Source: Antedon mediterranea (Eukaryota > Animalia > Echinodermata). From it: a stretch of 64,000 nucleotides of DNA. The first letter of the stretch is position 1; every line of letters begins with the position of its first letter. Below the pieces are notes generated by a model. It made no database searches. It was given only the letters and a program-made list of their open reading frames with translations, and was not told the DNA's origin. Positions 12,284 to 24,390 of this stretch are shown in pieces. The translations under genes and the position numbers were made by a program. Where the stretch lies: NCBI RefSeq assembly GCF_964355755.1, contig NC_092674.1, positions 8,122,001 through 8,186,000 of the forward strand, written 5' to 3'.

Positions 12284-14615
12284 CAATAAAAGCTTTATTA
12301 AGGGGATGGGACAAATAAATTGTCCCCTTTTGTAGTAGTGACCCCTGAATAGTGATTGGCTGTAATGTTGAAACATATACTGCCTGTCACTCTTCTCACA
12401 GTTGTGTCTGCCTTATTAGCTAGGGGTGTCCCCATACTAGCTAGTAATATCTTTCTTACTAGGTAGGAATATCTTCCTTACTAGGTACGGGTGTCTTCCT
12501 TATTAGCTAGGGGTGTCTTCCTTACTAGCTAGGGATGTCTTCCTTACTAGCTAGGGGTGTCTTCCCTACTAGCTAGGGGTGTCTTCCTTACTAGCTAGGG
12601 GTGTCTTCCTTACTAGCTAGGGGTGTCTTCCCTACTAGCTAGGGGTGTCTTCCTTACTAGCTAGGGGTGTCTTCCTTACTAGCTAGGGGTGTCTTCCTTA
12701 CTAGCTAGGGGTGTCTTCCCTACTAGCTAGGGGTGTCTTCCTTACTAGCTAGGGGTGTCTTCCTTACTAGCTAGGGGTGTCTTCCTTACTAGCTAGGGGT
12801 GTCTTCCTTACTAGCTAGGGGTGTCTTCCCTACTAGCTAGGGATGTCTTCCTTACTAGCTAGGGGTGTCTTCCCTACTAGCTAGGGGTGTCTTCCTTACT
12901 AGCTAGGGGTGTCTTCCCTACTAGCTAGGGGTGTCTTCCTTACTAGCTAGGGGTGTCTTCCTTACTAGCTAGGGGTGTCTTCCCTACTAGCTAGGGGTGT
13001 CTTCCCTACTAGCTAGGGGTGTCTTCCTTACTAGCTAGGGGTGTCTTCCTTACTAGCTAGGGGTGTCTTCCCTACTAGCTAGGGGTGTCTTCCTTACTAG
13101 CTAGGGGTGTCTTCCTTACTAGCTAGGGGTGTCTTCCCTACTAGCTAGGGGTGTCTTCCTTACTAGCTAGGGGTGTCTTCCCTACTAGCTAGGGGTGTCT
13201 TCCTTACTAGCTAGGGGTGTCTTCCCTACTAGCTAGGGGTGTCTTCCCTACTAGCTAGGGGTGTCTTCCTTACTAGCTAGGGGTGTCTTCCTTACTAGCT
13301 AGGGGTGTCTTCCTTACTAGCTAGGGGTGTCTTCCCTACTAGCTAGGGATGTCTTCCTTACTAGCTAGGGATGTCTTCCTTACTAGCTAGGGGTGTCTTC
13401 CTTACTAGCTAGGGGTGTCTTCCTTACTAGCTAGGGGTGTCTTCCTTACTAGCTAGGGGTGTCTTCCCTACTAGCTAGGGGTGTCTTCCTTACTAGCTAG
13501 GGGTGTCTTCCCTACTAGCTAGGGGTGTCTTCCCTACTAGCTAGGGGTGTCTTCCTTACTAGCTAGGGGTGTCTTCCTTACTAGCTAGGGGTGTCTTCCT
13601 TACTAGCTAGGGGTGTCTTCCTTACTAGCTAGGGGTGTCTTCCTTACTAGCTAGGGGTGTCTTCCCTACTAGCTAGGGGTGTCTTCCTTACTAGCTAGGG
13701 GTGTCTTCCCTACTAGCTAGGGGTGTCTTCCTTACTAGCTAGGGGTGTCTTCCCTACTAGCTAGGGGTGTCTTCCTTACTAGCTAGGGGTGTCTTCCCTA
13801 CTAGCTAGGGGTGTCTTCCCTACTAGCTAGGGGTGTCTTCCTTACTAGCTAGGGGTGTCTTCCTTACTAGCTAGGGGTGTCTTCCCTACTAGCTAGGGGT
13901 GTCTTCCTTACTAGCTAGGGGTGTCTTCCTTACTAGCTAGGGGTGTCTTCCTTACTAGCTACGGGTGTCTTCCTTACTAGCTAGGGGTGTCTTCCCTACT
14001 AGCTAGGGGTGTCTTCCTTACTAGCTAGGGGTGTCTTCCCTACTAGCTAGGGGTGTCTTCCCTACTAGCTAGGGGTGTCTTCCTTACTAGCTAGGGGTGT
14101 CTTCCTTACTAGCTAGGGGTGTCTTCCTTACTAGCTAGGGGTGTCTTCCCTACTAGCTAGGGATGTCTTCCTTACTAGCTAGGGATGTCTTCCTTACTAG
14201 CTAGGGGTGTCTTCCTTACTAGCTAGGGGTGTCTTCCCTACTAGCTAGGGGTGTCTTCCTTACTAGCTAGGGGTGTCTTCCTTACTAGCTAGGGGTGTCT
14301 TCCTTACTAGCTAGGGGTGTCTTCCCTACTAGCTAGGGGTGTCTTCCCTACTAGCTAGGGGTGTCTTCCCTACTAGCTAGGGGTGTCTTCCTTACTAGCT
14401 AGGGGTGTCTTCCTTACTAGCTAGGGGTGTCTTCCTTACTAGCTAGAGGTGTCTTCCTTACTAGCTAGGAATATCTTTCTTACTAGGTAGGAATATCTTC
14501 CTTACTAGGTAGAAATATCTTCCTTACTAGCTAGGGGTGTCTTCCTTATTAGATAGGGGTGTCCACCTTACTAAGGTGTCCACTGAATAGGTGTCCCAAA
14601 GGATTGGTTCTACTG
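12284..14615. mobile_element. Tc1/mariner-type (CAGT-ended) MITE hosting the 22-bp satellite
   Basis: Left end TA-CAATAAAAGCTTTATTAAGGGGA and right end GTGTCCC...GGTTCTACTG-TA match family ends at 34773-35110, 35501-35890, 42075-42231 and 47094-47345. Confidence 0.65.
12487..14469. repeat. Homogeneous 22-bp satellite, ~90 copies (CTAGCTAGGGGTGTCTTCC[T/C]TA)
   Basis: Directly visible array; degenerate units extend to ~12410 and ~14580. Confidence 0.99.
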
Positions 14616-14640
14616 TAGTACAATTTTACAAATGACTTAC

Positions 14641-14914
14641 TCTGTTGATTAAGTGAAATAGCCGAGACGTCTGGAGGTGCATTCATATGCTGCGGAGCAT
14701 TTATATGTTGTGGTGCTGCCATATGTTGTGGTGCTGCCATATGTTGTGGTGACTGGACGGGAGCTTGGGGCATTGGCATGGGAAAGTATGTTGCAGGTTG
14801 GGACGACATGTTTGACTGGCCTTTGATTATCTTCAGTAAGACGACCTCATTTGTGGCCTTCAGTGTTGCTACGGCAACCTCGTGTGATACATCTTCCAAG
14901 CTAACTTCCCCAAC
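14641..14914 (-). CDS. dlg1: Discs-large exon: end of PDZ2 plus Pro/Gln-rich linker (VGEVSLEDVSHEVAVATLKAT...)
   Basis: PDZ helix motif EDVSHEVAVATLK; acceptor TTCAG, donor GTAAGT; 274 bp, phase 0 to 1. Confidence 0.95.
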
Positions 14915-15149
14915 CTGAATAAGTAAAAAAAAATATTGTGAAGAAAGTTAACAAACTGAAAAACATTTTTAAGTAAAAAATAATAAAATCCAAACCCAAC
15001 TAGTATGTAAGGCATAACAATTTGTAAAACAAATACAATATAACAATGTTTCTGTTGAGAACATTATCCAATGACATTGGAGCAATATTCACAACCGCGT
15101 CTCAAACTGTATTGACCAATCATATACCTTGAAATTAATGAGCACTTAC

Positions 15150-15353
15150 GGCAACAATCTTGTCTCCTACACTGAGTCTGCCATCTTGTTGAGCAGCACC
15201 ACCATCGATGATTTTTGTGACGTATATACCATTATCTCCGGGTATGTGTTGATTTCCTTTACCTCCTGCGATACTGAATCCTAGGCCCTTGGAACCTTTG
15301 ATTAATTCTAAGGTGAAACACCCTCCACTGGGAGGCGGTCTCCGCCTCACAAT
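15150..15353 (-). CDS. dlg1: Discs-large exon: PDZ1 end and most of PDZ2 ([42 protein letters not shown])
   Basis: Near-canonical DLG PDZ2 sequence; acceptor CTACAG, donor GTAAGT; 204 bp, phase 0 to 0. Confidence 0.97.
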
Positions 15354-15719
15354 CTGTAGTGCAAAACAAATAAATAGTCTAAATTCTGATGCGAGGAGTA
15401 TTGGTGTTGTACGCGAGTCTATATCGCAAGAGCCTAAGGGGTCACACACAATCATTGAAGAATCACAATCGTTTGATCACACTCGTAGCCAAAATTATTA
15501 TAAGTATTATATAATGATGTGCACTACTTAGTTCAGACTTTATTTGGACATGCAAACTCTTCTTAGGTAGTATAACTATTCTAGCCAAGACGAAATCATG
15601 GTAGCGTAAAATAACCATAATTAAAGTTTATGTTGCAGTTATTATATGCAACATGTTAATTCCATTTTTATTAATTAGTTTTATTTTTGATAATCACAAA
15701 TTATTATCAAGTTATATAA

Positions 15720-16000
15720 AGATGTATTGTCCCCTAAAACCATGAAAAATGAAGATTAATTTGAATAGGTTACTTCGTAGTGTTAATAAAGTTAATCACC
15801 TCAATAGAAAAAAAACAACCAAAAACCTATTGGCTGGCAGCCAGTTTGACTATCTTTTGCTTTAAATTACAGTTTTTTCAGGTAAACACATTTTTTTTAA
15901 ACTAATTTTTTGTCAAAGTGGATAACTTTAATGTGACATTAAAGTGGCATATTTAACAAAAACTTTTTTAATAATTATTTTGTCAGGGCGATAATACATT
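15720..16000. mobile_element. Kolobok-like MITE family B, degraded copy
   Basis: Left end AGATGTATTGTCCCC; body homologous to 18237-18571 and 59203-59519. Confidence 0.7.
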
Positions 16001-16031
16001 AGCATAATTATTCTTTGTTTGACTATTATAC

Positions 16032-16134
16032 CATGTGTACTGTGTTTCCTGCTCTTTTCAATGCATCTACAGCTTCTTGGTGAGGAACTCCAAGGACTTC
16101 ACATTCGTTTACTTTAACAACAACATCATTAACT
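16032..16134 (-). CDS. dlg1: Discs-large exon: second half of PDZ1 (VNDVVVKVNECEVLGVPHQEAVDALKRAGNTVHM)
   Basis: PDZ1 motif HQEAVDALKRAG; acceptor CTCAG, donor GTATA; 103 bp, phase 2 to 0. Confidence 0.95.
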
Positions 16135-16375
16135 CTGAGGGGAAAAAAACATAAAAAGATCAATATTAATGAATTTTATAGATTTTATCTTTACAACTGG
16201 ATTATTTTATGACAGACATTGAAAAGGGTTGATTACAAAAATAAATGTTTGTGTGTTTCATGCATCATTCAGCTGTGGGAAAAATGGTGTACAAATTAAA
16301 AAGTCAGAATTTGTCAAAATGCTCGTCATCATTTGAAAAAACATCTTGCTACTCACACAAAACATTCATTATTAA

Positions 16376-16574
16376 AGCTTGGTTCCCACTAGTGACGCAA
16401 CGTAACGCAACATATGCAATGTAAAAAATGCCCTTTCAATGATTATGTTTTCCCCGCCTGCGTGAAATCAAACCTGCGATTTGCAGCACTGTTGCGTCAT
16501 CAGTTCTTACTTGTGATTACGCAATACAGTACTTTGCGCCAGTACGTTGTTGCGTAGCTAGTGATAACTGAGCT
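16376..16574. mobile_element. Harbinger-like MITE family C
   Basis: TIR AGCTTGGTTCCCACTAG / CTAGTGATAACTGAGCT; TAA TSD; related ends at 20414-20430 and 20442-20579. Confidence 0.75.
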
Positions 16575-16582
16575 TAACTTAC

Positions 16583-16707
16583 TGAAGTCTTCCATCTAAT
16601 GCTGCTGCTCCCCCTGGTATTAACTTTGTTATGTAAATACTTGGGTCATTGTCAACATGAGGGTTGTCTGCTCCACCGGCTATGCTAAACCCTAGTCCTG
16701 CTCCACC
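16583..16707 (-). CDS. dlg1: Discs-large exon: first half of PDZ1 ([41 protein letters not shown])
   Basis: [13 protein letters not shown] is diagnostic of DLG PDZ1; acceptor TATAG after a T tract, donor GTAAGT; 125 bp. Confidence 0.97.
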
Positions 16708-16813
16708 CTATAAAAAAAAAATAATCCTTCATTTACAATAACTATAATTTGTTTATTCCACAAAACAAAAGAACAAAAATGTGGCATTCAACTCAACACA
16801 CTTAAAAACATAA

Positions 16814-16947
16814 AGCTCTGTCTACACTATCAAACTTGATACCAAAAAAATGTGATGTGCCCATTTATGGACATGATATCACTACCATATTTAAGCATAT
16901 CACTACCATATTTGGGCACATCACACTTTTTTTGTGTAGACAAAGCT
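16814..16947. mobile_element. Harbinger-like MITE family A copy
   Basis: Family TIRs (right one partly deleted) and two 21-bp units. Confidence 0.85.
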
Positions 16948-17059
16948 TTGGACTGTAAACTGTCCGACTTATATTAGAATGTTTTAATATGATTGTAAAT
17001 CTGATTGATCAATTTCATACACTGAATGTTTAACATTATTGTATTATACTTTAAAAGTA

Positions 17060-17512
17060 TTTAAAGAATATAGAATCTAGAGATCTATATCAATATTTAA
17101 TAAATGTTTATGTCCTAAAATAACCCTAAATATTTTCATTATACAATAAGCTTGTATTCCAATCTTTTTACTGTATATTGGCTGTTGACATAGGACATAT
17201 AATATAATGGTATTAGGAATTATTTAAAGACTATTGAATCTAGAGATCTATATTAATATTCAATAAATGTTTATGTCCTAAAATAACCCTAAATATTTTC
17301 ATTACAATAAGCTTGTATTCCAATCTTTTTACTGTATATTGGCTGTTGACATAGGACATATAATATAATGGTATTAGGAATTATTTAAAGACTATTGAAT
17401 CTAGAGATCTATATTAATATTCAATAAATGTTTATGTCCAAAAATAACCCTAAATATTTTCATTACAATTAACTTGTATTCCAATCTTTTTACTGTATAT
17501 TGGCTGTTGACA
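17060..17512. repeat. ~160-bp tandem repeat, ~2.7 copies
   Basis: GAATCTAGAGATCTATAT...GGCTGTTGACA begins at 17073, 17237 and 17397. Confidence 0.92.
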
Positions 17513-17909
17513 AACGATTAGGGTTAATTGAACATTTTAAATGCGGCACCTTTTCTATACAAAGTGTTTTACCCCCAATAAATAAATAAATTGCATTCTA
17601 CCACTAAATGCATGGGAAATAAGGCACAATTATTTGGAAAATTTAAATGCTTTTAATTTCAAACGTTCTTTAAAATACTTTCAACCTATATGAGCATAAA
17701 GATCAGTATATCCAATATAGCATCACGTTAATCAACAGAAATGGTTTAATCCGAAAATAGAAAACCGTTTCAACAATCGTTTAAAAGAAATTTACACATA
17801 GTCTAATGAACTCCAATTGTGAATTTCAGTTTATTGGATGATAAAAAAAAGGTTAATGTCTGTTCTAACACTATTGTATGCTTAGTTATTTATGGAAATG
17901 ACAGTTTCG

Positions 17910-18161
17910 CGATTCAAATTGAGTTGTAAAATTTCTTTATAAGAATTTGTGTACTGTACAGTTTTGTCTATCAGGTACAAGCTTTCTTAAAATAGATTAT
18001 CATTCATTTTGAATAAAACACTCCGCGTAAACGAATGTACAATACTGCAATACGATTCAAATTGAGTTGTAAATTGTTTACATGTGTACTGTACAGTTTT
18101 TTCTATTTAGGTACAGTACAGGCTCCCTAGATTTAATCATTCATTTTGAAAAAAACACTCC
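17910..18161. repeat. Imperfect direct duplication of ~110 bp
   Basis: CGATTCAAATTGAGTTGTAAA...TCATTCATTTTGAA..AAACACTCC occurs twice. Confidence 0.8.
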
Positions 18162-18236
18162 AACCAATAGTTAACTGAGTGTTACTGTATATAATATTTG
18201 ACTGTCACATATTTATATTGTGGTTTATATAGTTAA

Positions 18237-18571
18237 AGATATATTGTCCCCCTAAAAAAATATTTTTTTTGTTGAATATGTTATTTTAATGTCACATAAT
18301 AGTTATTCACTCTCACAAAAAATTGGGTCTGAAAAAAATTCATTTACCTGAGAAAAATGTAATTTAAAGCAAAAAATGGTCAAATTGTCTGGAAGACAAT
18401 GAGTTTTTGGGTAATTTAACTGTTTATTTTGTCTTTTTATAGGTGAAATTATTTTTTTTCCCCATTTTTTTCTTATGGAAGTGAACAACTTCATTAAAAC
18501 TGCAAAATGGCCTATTCAAAGTCCGATTTTAAAAATCTTTATTTTTCATGATTTTGGGGGACAATACATCT
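18237..18571. mobile_element. Kolobok-like MITE family B
   Basis: TIR AGATRTATTGTCCCC / GGGGACAATACATCT; TTAA and ATAA flanks. Confidence 0.8.
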
Positions 18572-19277
18572 ATAAATCGCAGTAAGAGTCTACAGTACCA
18601 CAACGACATAAACATCAATTTTACTACGAGCCTTCGATATAGACTCTCAATATTATTACCAACACAAGTCAACAAGAAGTAGCCCTTAATTGTAAACACT
18701 GTACACATAATCTAATAACAACAGTGGTTGCAATATTGAACAATTCCCAAAGGGATCCATTCTAGAAGGGCTTGTGTTGTGAACATAATCTAGAGATACA
18801 GTCTTAATAATATATTATAATTGGAATGAACGAAGAGGAAGGAATGACCATTTATAGGTAAGAAGGATTGGATCCGGTGGGATGTTAACAACTGCAGTAA
18901 TTAATGACAGTCACAAAATAAGATCTGGATGACCCCTAGAGATCTGACCTTTTGCATGGTTACCATAAATAGGAAAGAGAACAAGGTATGGAGATGACCT
19001 AGATAATTAATAGGCTGGGGAGGAAATCATCATAATGAACAATTATCATTGTGGAATTGATGGGTAGAAAGACCAATGAAGGTGACATAGAAATTGCTCC
19101 AAAATGATGGATGGAATAATCTGGAGTGCTATTGTAGATTTACTGTACTTTCATTTTTATTGATCTTACTTTTCTTTCACACAACTGAGAACGATATACT
19201 TTATTCAACGTGTGTTCTGCACTCAGAGCCTCATTGATTTAATCTACTTCGCAGATCGAGATCTCAACAATACTTAC

Positions 19278-19331
19278 CCTTTTAAGAGTTATTTCTTCAT
19301 AATCCCATCTATCATCTTCTGTTATAACTGG
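19278..19331 (-). CDS. dlg1: Discs-large exon immediately before PDZ1 (PVITEDDRWDYEEITLKR)
   Basis: YEEITL.R motif conserved in DLG proteins; acceptor CTACAG, donor AGG|GTAAGT; 54 bp, phase 0 to 0. Confidence 0.93.
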
Positions 19332-19407
19332 CTGTAGAGACAAGAAAAACAAAGAGAACAAACATTATTAAAAGCGCATGTTGAGAAATATGAAGTTAAT
19401 CTTTTTA

Positions 19408-19552
19408 AACTCAGTCTACACTATCAAACTTTGTGGCAAAAAAAATGTGATAATGCCCATACAGGGATATGTATATGTATGTATAATTATGGACATGATG
19501 TCATATCACTATTATATTTGAGCACATCACACTAGTTCTGATAGTGTAAGCT
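19408..19552. mobile_element. Harbinger-like MITE family A, degraded copy
   Basis: GTCTACACTATCAAACT left end and family internal motifs. Confidence 0.75.
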
Positions 19553-20441
19553 CATCCAACTAAACTCTAGTAATACTGTATATGGCATTAGAGTCTTTAG
19601 TTAGAATGTAGCTACTTCTATCAGGAAAAACGGCCTTTTCGAAAATACAGTTAAGTTAATACAGGAACTATTACTACTGTATGTACCAAACCACATATTT
19701 GGGACTCAAATGTTTTGGATGGAGGATGGCTGTAGTGTTAAAAACACACATTGTCCCTCGTTCATTTCACTGAGTAGGGTTGTCCCAAAGGGGGTTCTAC
19801 TGTACAGTGTGGTAATTATTTAAATGATGAGCCATAGTTCAGATCATTCAATAATCATTGAACTGAACTAGTGTTTTATGATCAAGTGACATGACCCAAC
19901 AAACGCATCCGAATATGCCAACCAGTATTGATCCTGTACGAAACCTGCGTTTAATGTCAATAGACAGCTACCATTGATTTTCAACGTTAATTACTCTGGA
20001 AGGTTTTCAACTGATGATATTATGAATTCTAGTACCATCACCAGGGTTTGGTCTAAATATTATTTCTAAGTAGTTTAATTCGCTAGTTTACTATCCCACA
20101 TGCCAGTTTGCTAGCAATTAATTATAAAAAAAACATGTATACTCTATACAGTATAAGCACAGTGGGTATTGGGAACTGGTGTAATTTTTGCACTAGGACT
20201 ACAGTAGAGTATAAAATAGTTACATTCTCAAAGTGAATTTAGCTGTACAGTAAACAGCAGAACTGAATTAAGGAGACACTTTCGGGCGCCAACAAAAGGT
20301 TGACCGTAGTCTTAAAACATATAGGTACCACCGGTTAATTTCACAGTCTCTTGTCATTGGTTAACTGGCTTGCTTTGCCTCTACGTCCTGGAGTTGTGTC
20401 CTGGAGCTGTGTCCTAGTGGGAACCAAGCTTTAGGTTTTAA

Positions 20442-20579
20442 AGCTTGGTTCCAACTTAGATACATCGTAGGCTCGCAACGCAAATGAGTTGACCAATCAC
20501 AAGCATGTTTTTTATCATGTAGCGATTGTTCAAATTAATGCATTTATGTCATGTGGTGCGCCAAAGTGGGCACCAAGCT
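20442..20579. mobile_element. Harbinger-like MITE family C copy, with another copy's right end abutting at 20430
   Basis: AGCTTGGTTCCAACT / AGTGGGCACCAAGCT termini. Confidence 0.65.
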
Positions 20580-20631
20580 TGAGGTTAAATAATTTATGCT
20601 TGTTGAAATTGCTATGGTCTTCTTTACTTAC

Positions 20632-20715
20632 GTTAACATAAGGTGCAGGTTGTCGTACCATGGCCGGCTGATGGTCTACGCGCTCTGTGTTGACACGAAC
20701 TGGGGCAGGTGATGG
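20632..20715 (-). CDS. dlg1: Discs-large exon: MAGUK N-terminal PEST-like segment (PSPAPVRVNTERVDHQPAMVRQPAPYVN)
   Basis: Resembles the vertebrate 'PPPVLVNTD...YVN' segment; acceptor TTCTTGCAG, donor GTAAGT; 84 bp, phase 0 to 0. Confidence 0.88.
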
Positions 20716-21791
20716 CTGCAAGAAAAAACAAAATTAACTAGATTATAAGATATACATAGGCCCTATTCTCCATGCGGAAAGAAGGAATTAATATATATTT
20801 ATATTTGAAAATGTTCATTTGCTGTTACAGTAGTTAAAAAAGAAAAGTAAATTAAATTTCATCTTGGTGTAAAAGTGTATTTGTATTATTATTAGGAGCA
20901 AACAATTAATTCAAATTTTTTTTTTCAAACAGATTAAACATCATATGTTTTAAGCGATTGTATTCATATTGTATAAAGTGAGAGTACTATACATTCTGAA
21001 GATGCTAAAAAAAATAAACAAACAAAATCAATATGTACAGTACTGTACTAGAATAAAACCATGAATTTGAATTTATTCACAATAGCTAGTAAACAAAATC
21101 GAAAGTCAATTTGAAAATGCAATATTGATATTTTTTGATAATATCAATTGATACAGAATAATCAATAGGGATCAGCTTCCTATTTGCAGCGATCTACTGT
21201 ATAAACAAGTTAAAGTCATGTCAACTAATTTTAGACATGTTTTACCACTATTTTCTAGACACAGTTTGCATTTTTTCAGGTCGAAATTGGTAGTTCTTAA
21301 ATCATCGTAAATCGACCGCTCCCTATGTACTGTATCGTACGTACTGTATCTACTGTACTTTATATAAATTTCAAGAAAGCTGAATATGTATACTTTGTTT
21401 AACCAGGAAATTTCAATTCATTCAATACAAGATCAATATAAACGAAATCGAAAGACTTTATTTGAACATTGCCATTTCCTATAGAATTCCACAAATAAAT
21501 TAGTTTTTTAAATATTAAATGTAAAATTTACTGTACAGTAAAATACTGGTACCTGTACCTTAAAAGACTAAATATGGACAAAAATACATGATTTTAAAAA
21601 TGTATCTACAACAATACAACTATAGGCTTATGTAAAACAACCACAACAGGAATGAATGTATATCTGTACCACACGCCATTTGTCTGTTTTTAAGGAAGCT
21701 TTTATTCAGACTAACTTCTACAAAATCTATATTTCTCAAATTTAAATTATCTACAGTATGTGGTTTCTGCGAATTTTGATCCCAACCTTAC

Positions 21792-21821
21792 CTTATGAAA
21801 ATTTATCGACGAGAACAACAT
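21792..21821 (-). CDS. dlg1: Candidate alternative first coding exon of dlg (MLFSSINFHK)
   Basis: ATG plus 9 codons ending at a strong AAG|GTAAGG donor in phase 0; short, so chance occurrence is possible. Confidence 0.4.
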
Positions 21822-22849
21822 TATAATCCAACATACAAACTATCTCAACCAAAAAAAAATAAGTCCAACTACAGAAACAATTCTTGATGCATTGTATAGA
21901 ATCTCAGGAAATATTTTTTTCCAGAAAGGAAAACGAACTTGTAACAACTTTTTGAGATGACGCATATGGAAAGGAAACAGGGAATATATGACAAGGTGCC
22001 TCAAGTGCACAGGGATAAAGTGAACGCTGATACAATCAACGTGGATTGCTTCATTGAGCAATTATTACAATAGGTAAGGTGGAATCTGGCAGAGAACACG
22101 CAATCAGATATTATTACATAGATTCTACATTATAGATGTATACATTATAATCAGATACCTAAAGAACTGGTCTAAAAGAATTGATTTTCAGATTGTATTT
22201 CGAGTACAGTATATGTTTCAAAAGAATGTAGGGCTTTAAACAAATTTGTACTTGTACTGGGTAAACCGGAAAATCTCTCCGAATGTGCTAGGATAGAATA
22301 TCTACCTTTGAAGTCCTCCACCAACATAACGCTTATTGTACTGTACAGTAAAGCTTTCTACCCAGCCTAATTCTAACACCCTATGTGGTTGCCTAACTGT
22401 AGAAGTACTGTAGTGTATTGTTTTATCTTGTTCTCGCCACCCTTTTGTTTACATCCATCTCTAGATTTCCAGCTACAGTAGTACAGTACATCCCTAAAAT
22501 TGTGTCGGATATGAGGTAGAGTTTTATTATTAAAACATATTTTTCATTTAAATTTTGTGCCATTATTATCTATGTTAATGAAAATACAATATCCATACTC
22601 ATTGTTCATTAAATATGGTGTGAAATAAATATTAATAATGTCAGTTATTAGTTAGTAACTAATATTCATAAGTCAATATTTGTACATCTGATGTTGGTAG
22701 CATTATTGAAAAAAAAAATGTACAATACTGTTTATCATTATGCAAATAATATCAAGTCTCTTTGACTTGAGTATGGCATGTTGGCTATTTTGCATACAAT
22801 ATTTAGAAGACCAATGCAACTATTTTATATCTACTTCCCCATTTTGTTA

Positions 22850-23026
22850 AGCTCTGTCTTACTGTACATTATCAAACTTTATGTGAAAATAAAATGTGAT
22901 ATACTGTACCCATACCCTGTACACTATATAGACATGATGTCATATCACTACCATATTTAAGCATATCACTACCACATGAAAACTTCACACTTTTTGTCAA
23001 ACTAGTTTGATAGTGTAGACAGAGCT
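22850..23026. mobile_element. Harbinger-like MITE family A copy
   Basis: Family TIRs; TTA TSD. Confidence 0.85.
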
Positions 23027-24056
23027 TTACAGAATCTTAATAATATAAAGTACATGATGATGGGTTAATACTGTACTGCATGTTATACTTATACATTTAT
23101 ATCTGGGTATACTGTAAAGCATTCATATTTGCACTTTACAGTAATACAGTACAGTAAGCACCTCAAAGTGCATAGGACCAGATGTTATACAGACAACTTT
23201 CATCTTCCCTACAGTCACTTGTGTACAGTAAGTTCTGCTAACAATGGCGCTCATACTGTACGTCTACAGTACTAGTACACAATGACAGAGAAAAAGATGA
23301 ACCGGTACACCAGGGTAACCTCTCACTCGCACTATACACAACAAGACAGATGTGTCAAATTTGATTTTTTTTTAAACAGAAAGTGCCTCCATAATGAGAT
23401 AATATTTAATAAAGATGACATTCGGGAGTAAAATGAAGGCTTTCTTTGTGATTTAATTTAATTAATATTTTTCGTAATTTTTTATAATAAATTCAATTTT
23501 TTATAAACAGAAAACATACTTTAAATTAACAAGGGTGAAGAACATGAATGTAATAAAGAAATCAGATGACCTGACCTTGGTACGCACAATTTCAATCTCA
23601 TTTTAGTCAACATCAATAAGGATTGATGAACAACAACGAGCATGGCTCGTTACTTCGGGCAGCGTAAGCACGTGTTATAAAAAAAAAATCATCGATATCA
23701 TGACACGAGTATATCTAATTAATTTGACGTAATCAACTTAACAACCTTCCAACATTCGAACATGTACAATGAATTGAATGAACATACAGTAGGCAAAGAG
23801 TTTGTACAATACTGTACAGTACTACATATGGGGCTTCTGCATACAGTGAAAGCAATAGGCCTAATTTACAGTACGTAAAGTAGTATGTTTAAATGGAGTT
23901 TTAGCATTTTTTAATGCTTCCTGTCCTCCCCCTAAAAAATTGTTTCTAATTTGTAAAATGACACTAAATGTAAAATGTTTAATTGTGCAGACCTCCTATC
24001 CACATACAGTAGAGTACCCATAGATGTCTCTAGCTACTGTTACTGTACAATATCTC

Positions 24057-24390
24057 GACAGTGATGGGCCGAGCGGTTGGAACATTGAACCGTAATAAGT
24101 AGCCATGTAACATCAGTAAGCGTTCCAGGCTCACTCGCTCCATGGTTCTGATGGTAGAGTCTTCTCGGATAAATACTATAAACCGCATGTCCAGTACCAT
24201 ACACATTTGGCTCATGTGCACTAGTACATCTTTGAAGACGAGTAAGGGGTTACGATGGTGTACTACTGCTGTACAGTAGTAAACACAGCCACTGTGTCAC
24301 ACACATCACTCATCATCCAGTACAACTACATACTAGGCTCTCTGTGAGAAGAGTATTTGACTGAAGAGGTCACCCAGTATAAAGAATAAA
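24057..24390 (+). mobile_element. tRNA-derived SINE family 2 (Meta-domain-like)
   Basis: A-box-like GGCCGAGCGG; body homologous to 51709-52027 (-) and 58164-58432 (+), sharing GGCTCATGTGCAC...AGTACATCTTT; domain assignment from memory. Confidence 0.65.

Noticed and set aside
12487-14469. Possible CRISPR-like array
   Set aside because: Units are contiguous with no unique spacers; eukaryotic intron context and no cas genes
23576-23643. ATG-initiated frame MLVVVHQ...LCVPR ending at AG|GTCAG
   Set aside because: Phase 2, incompatible with the phase-0 acceptor at 20715; the same applies to MLLSLVTR at ~26023
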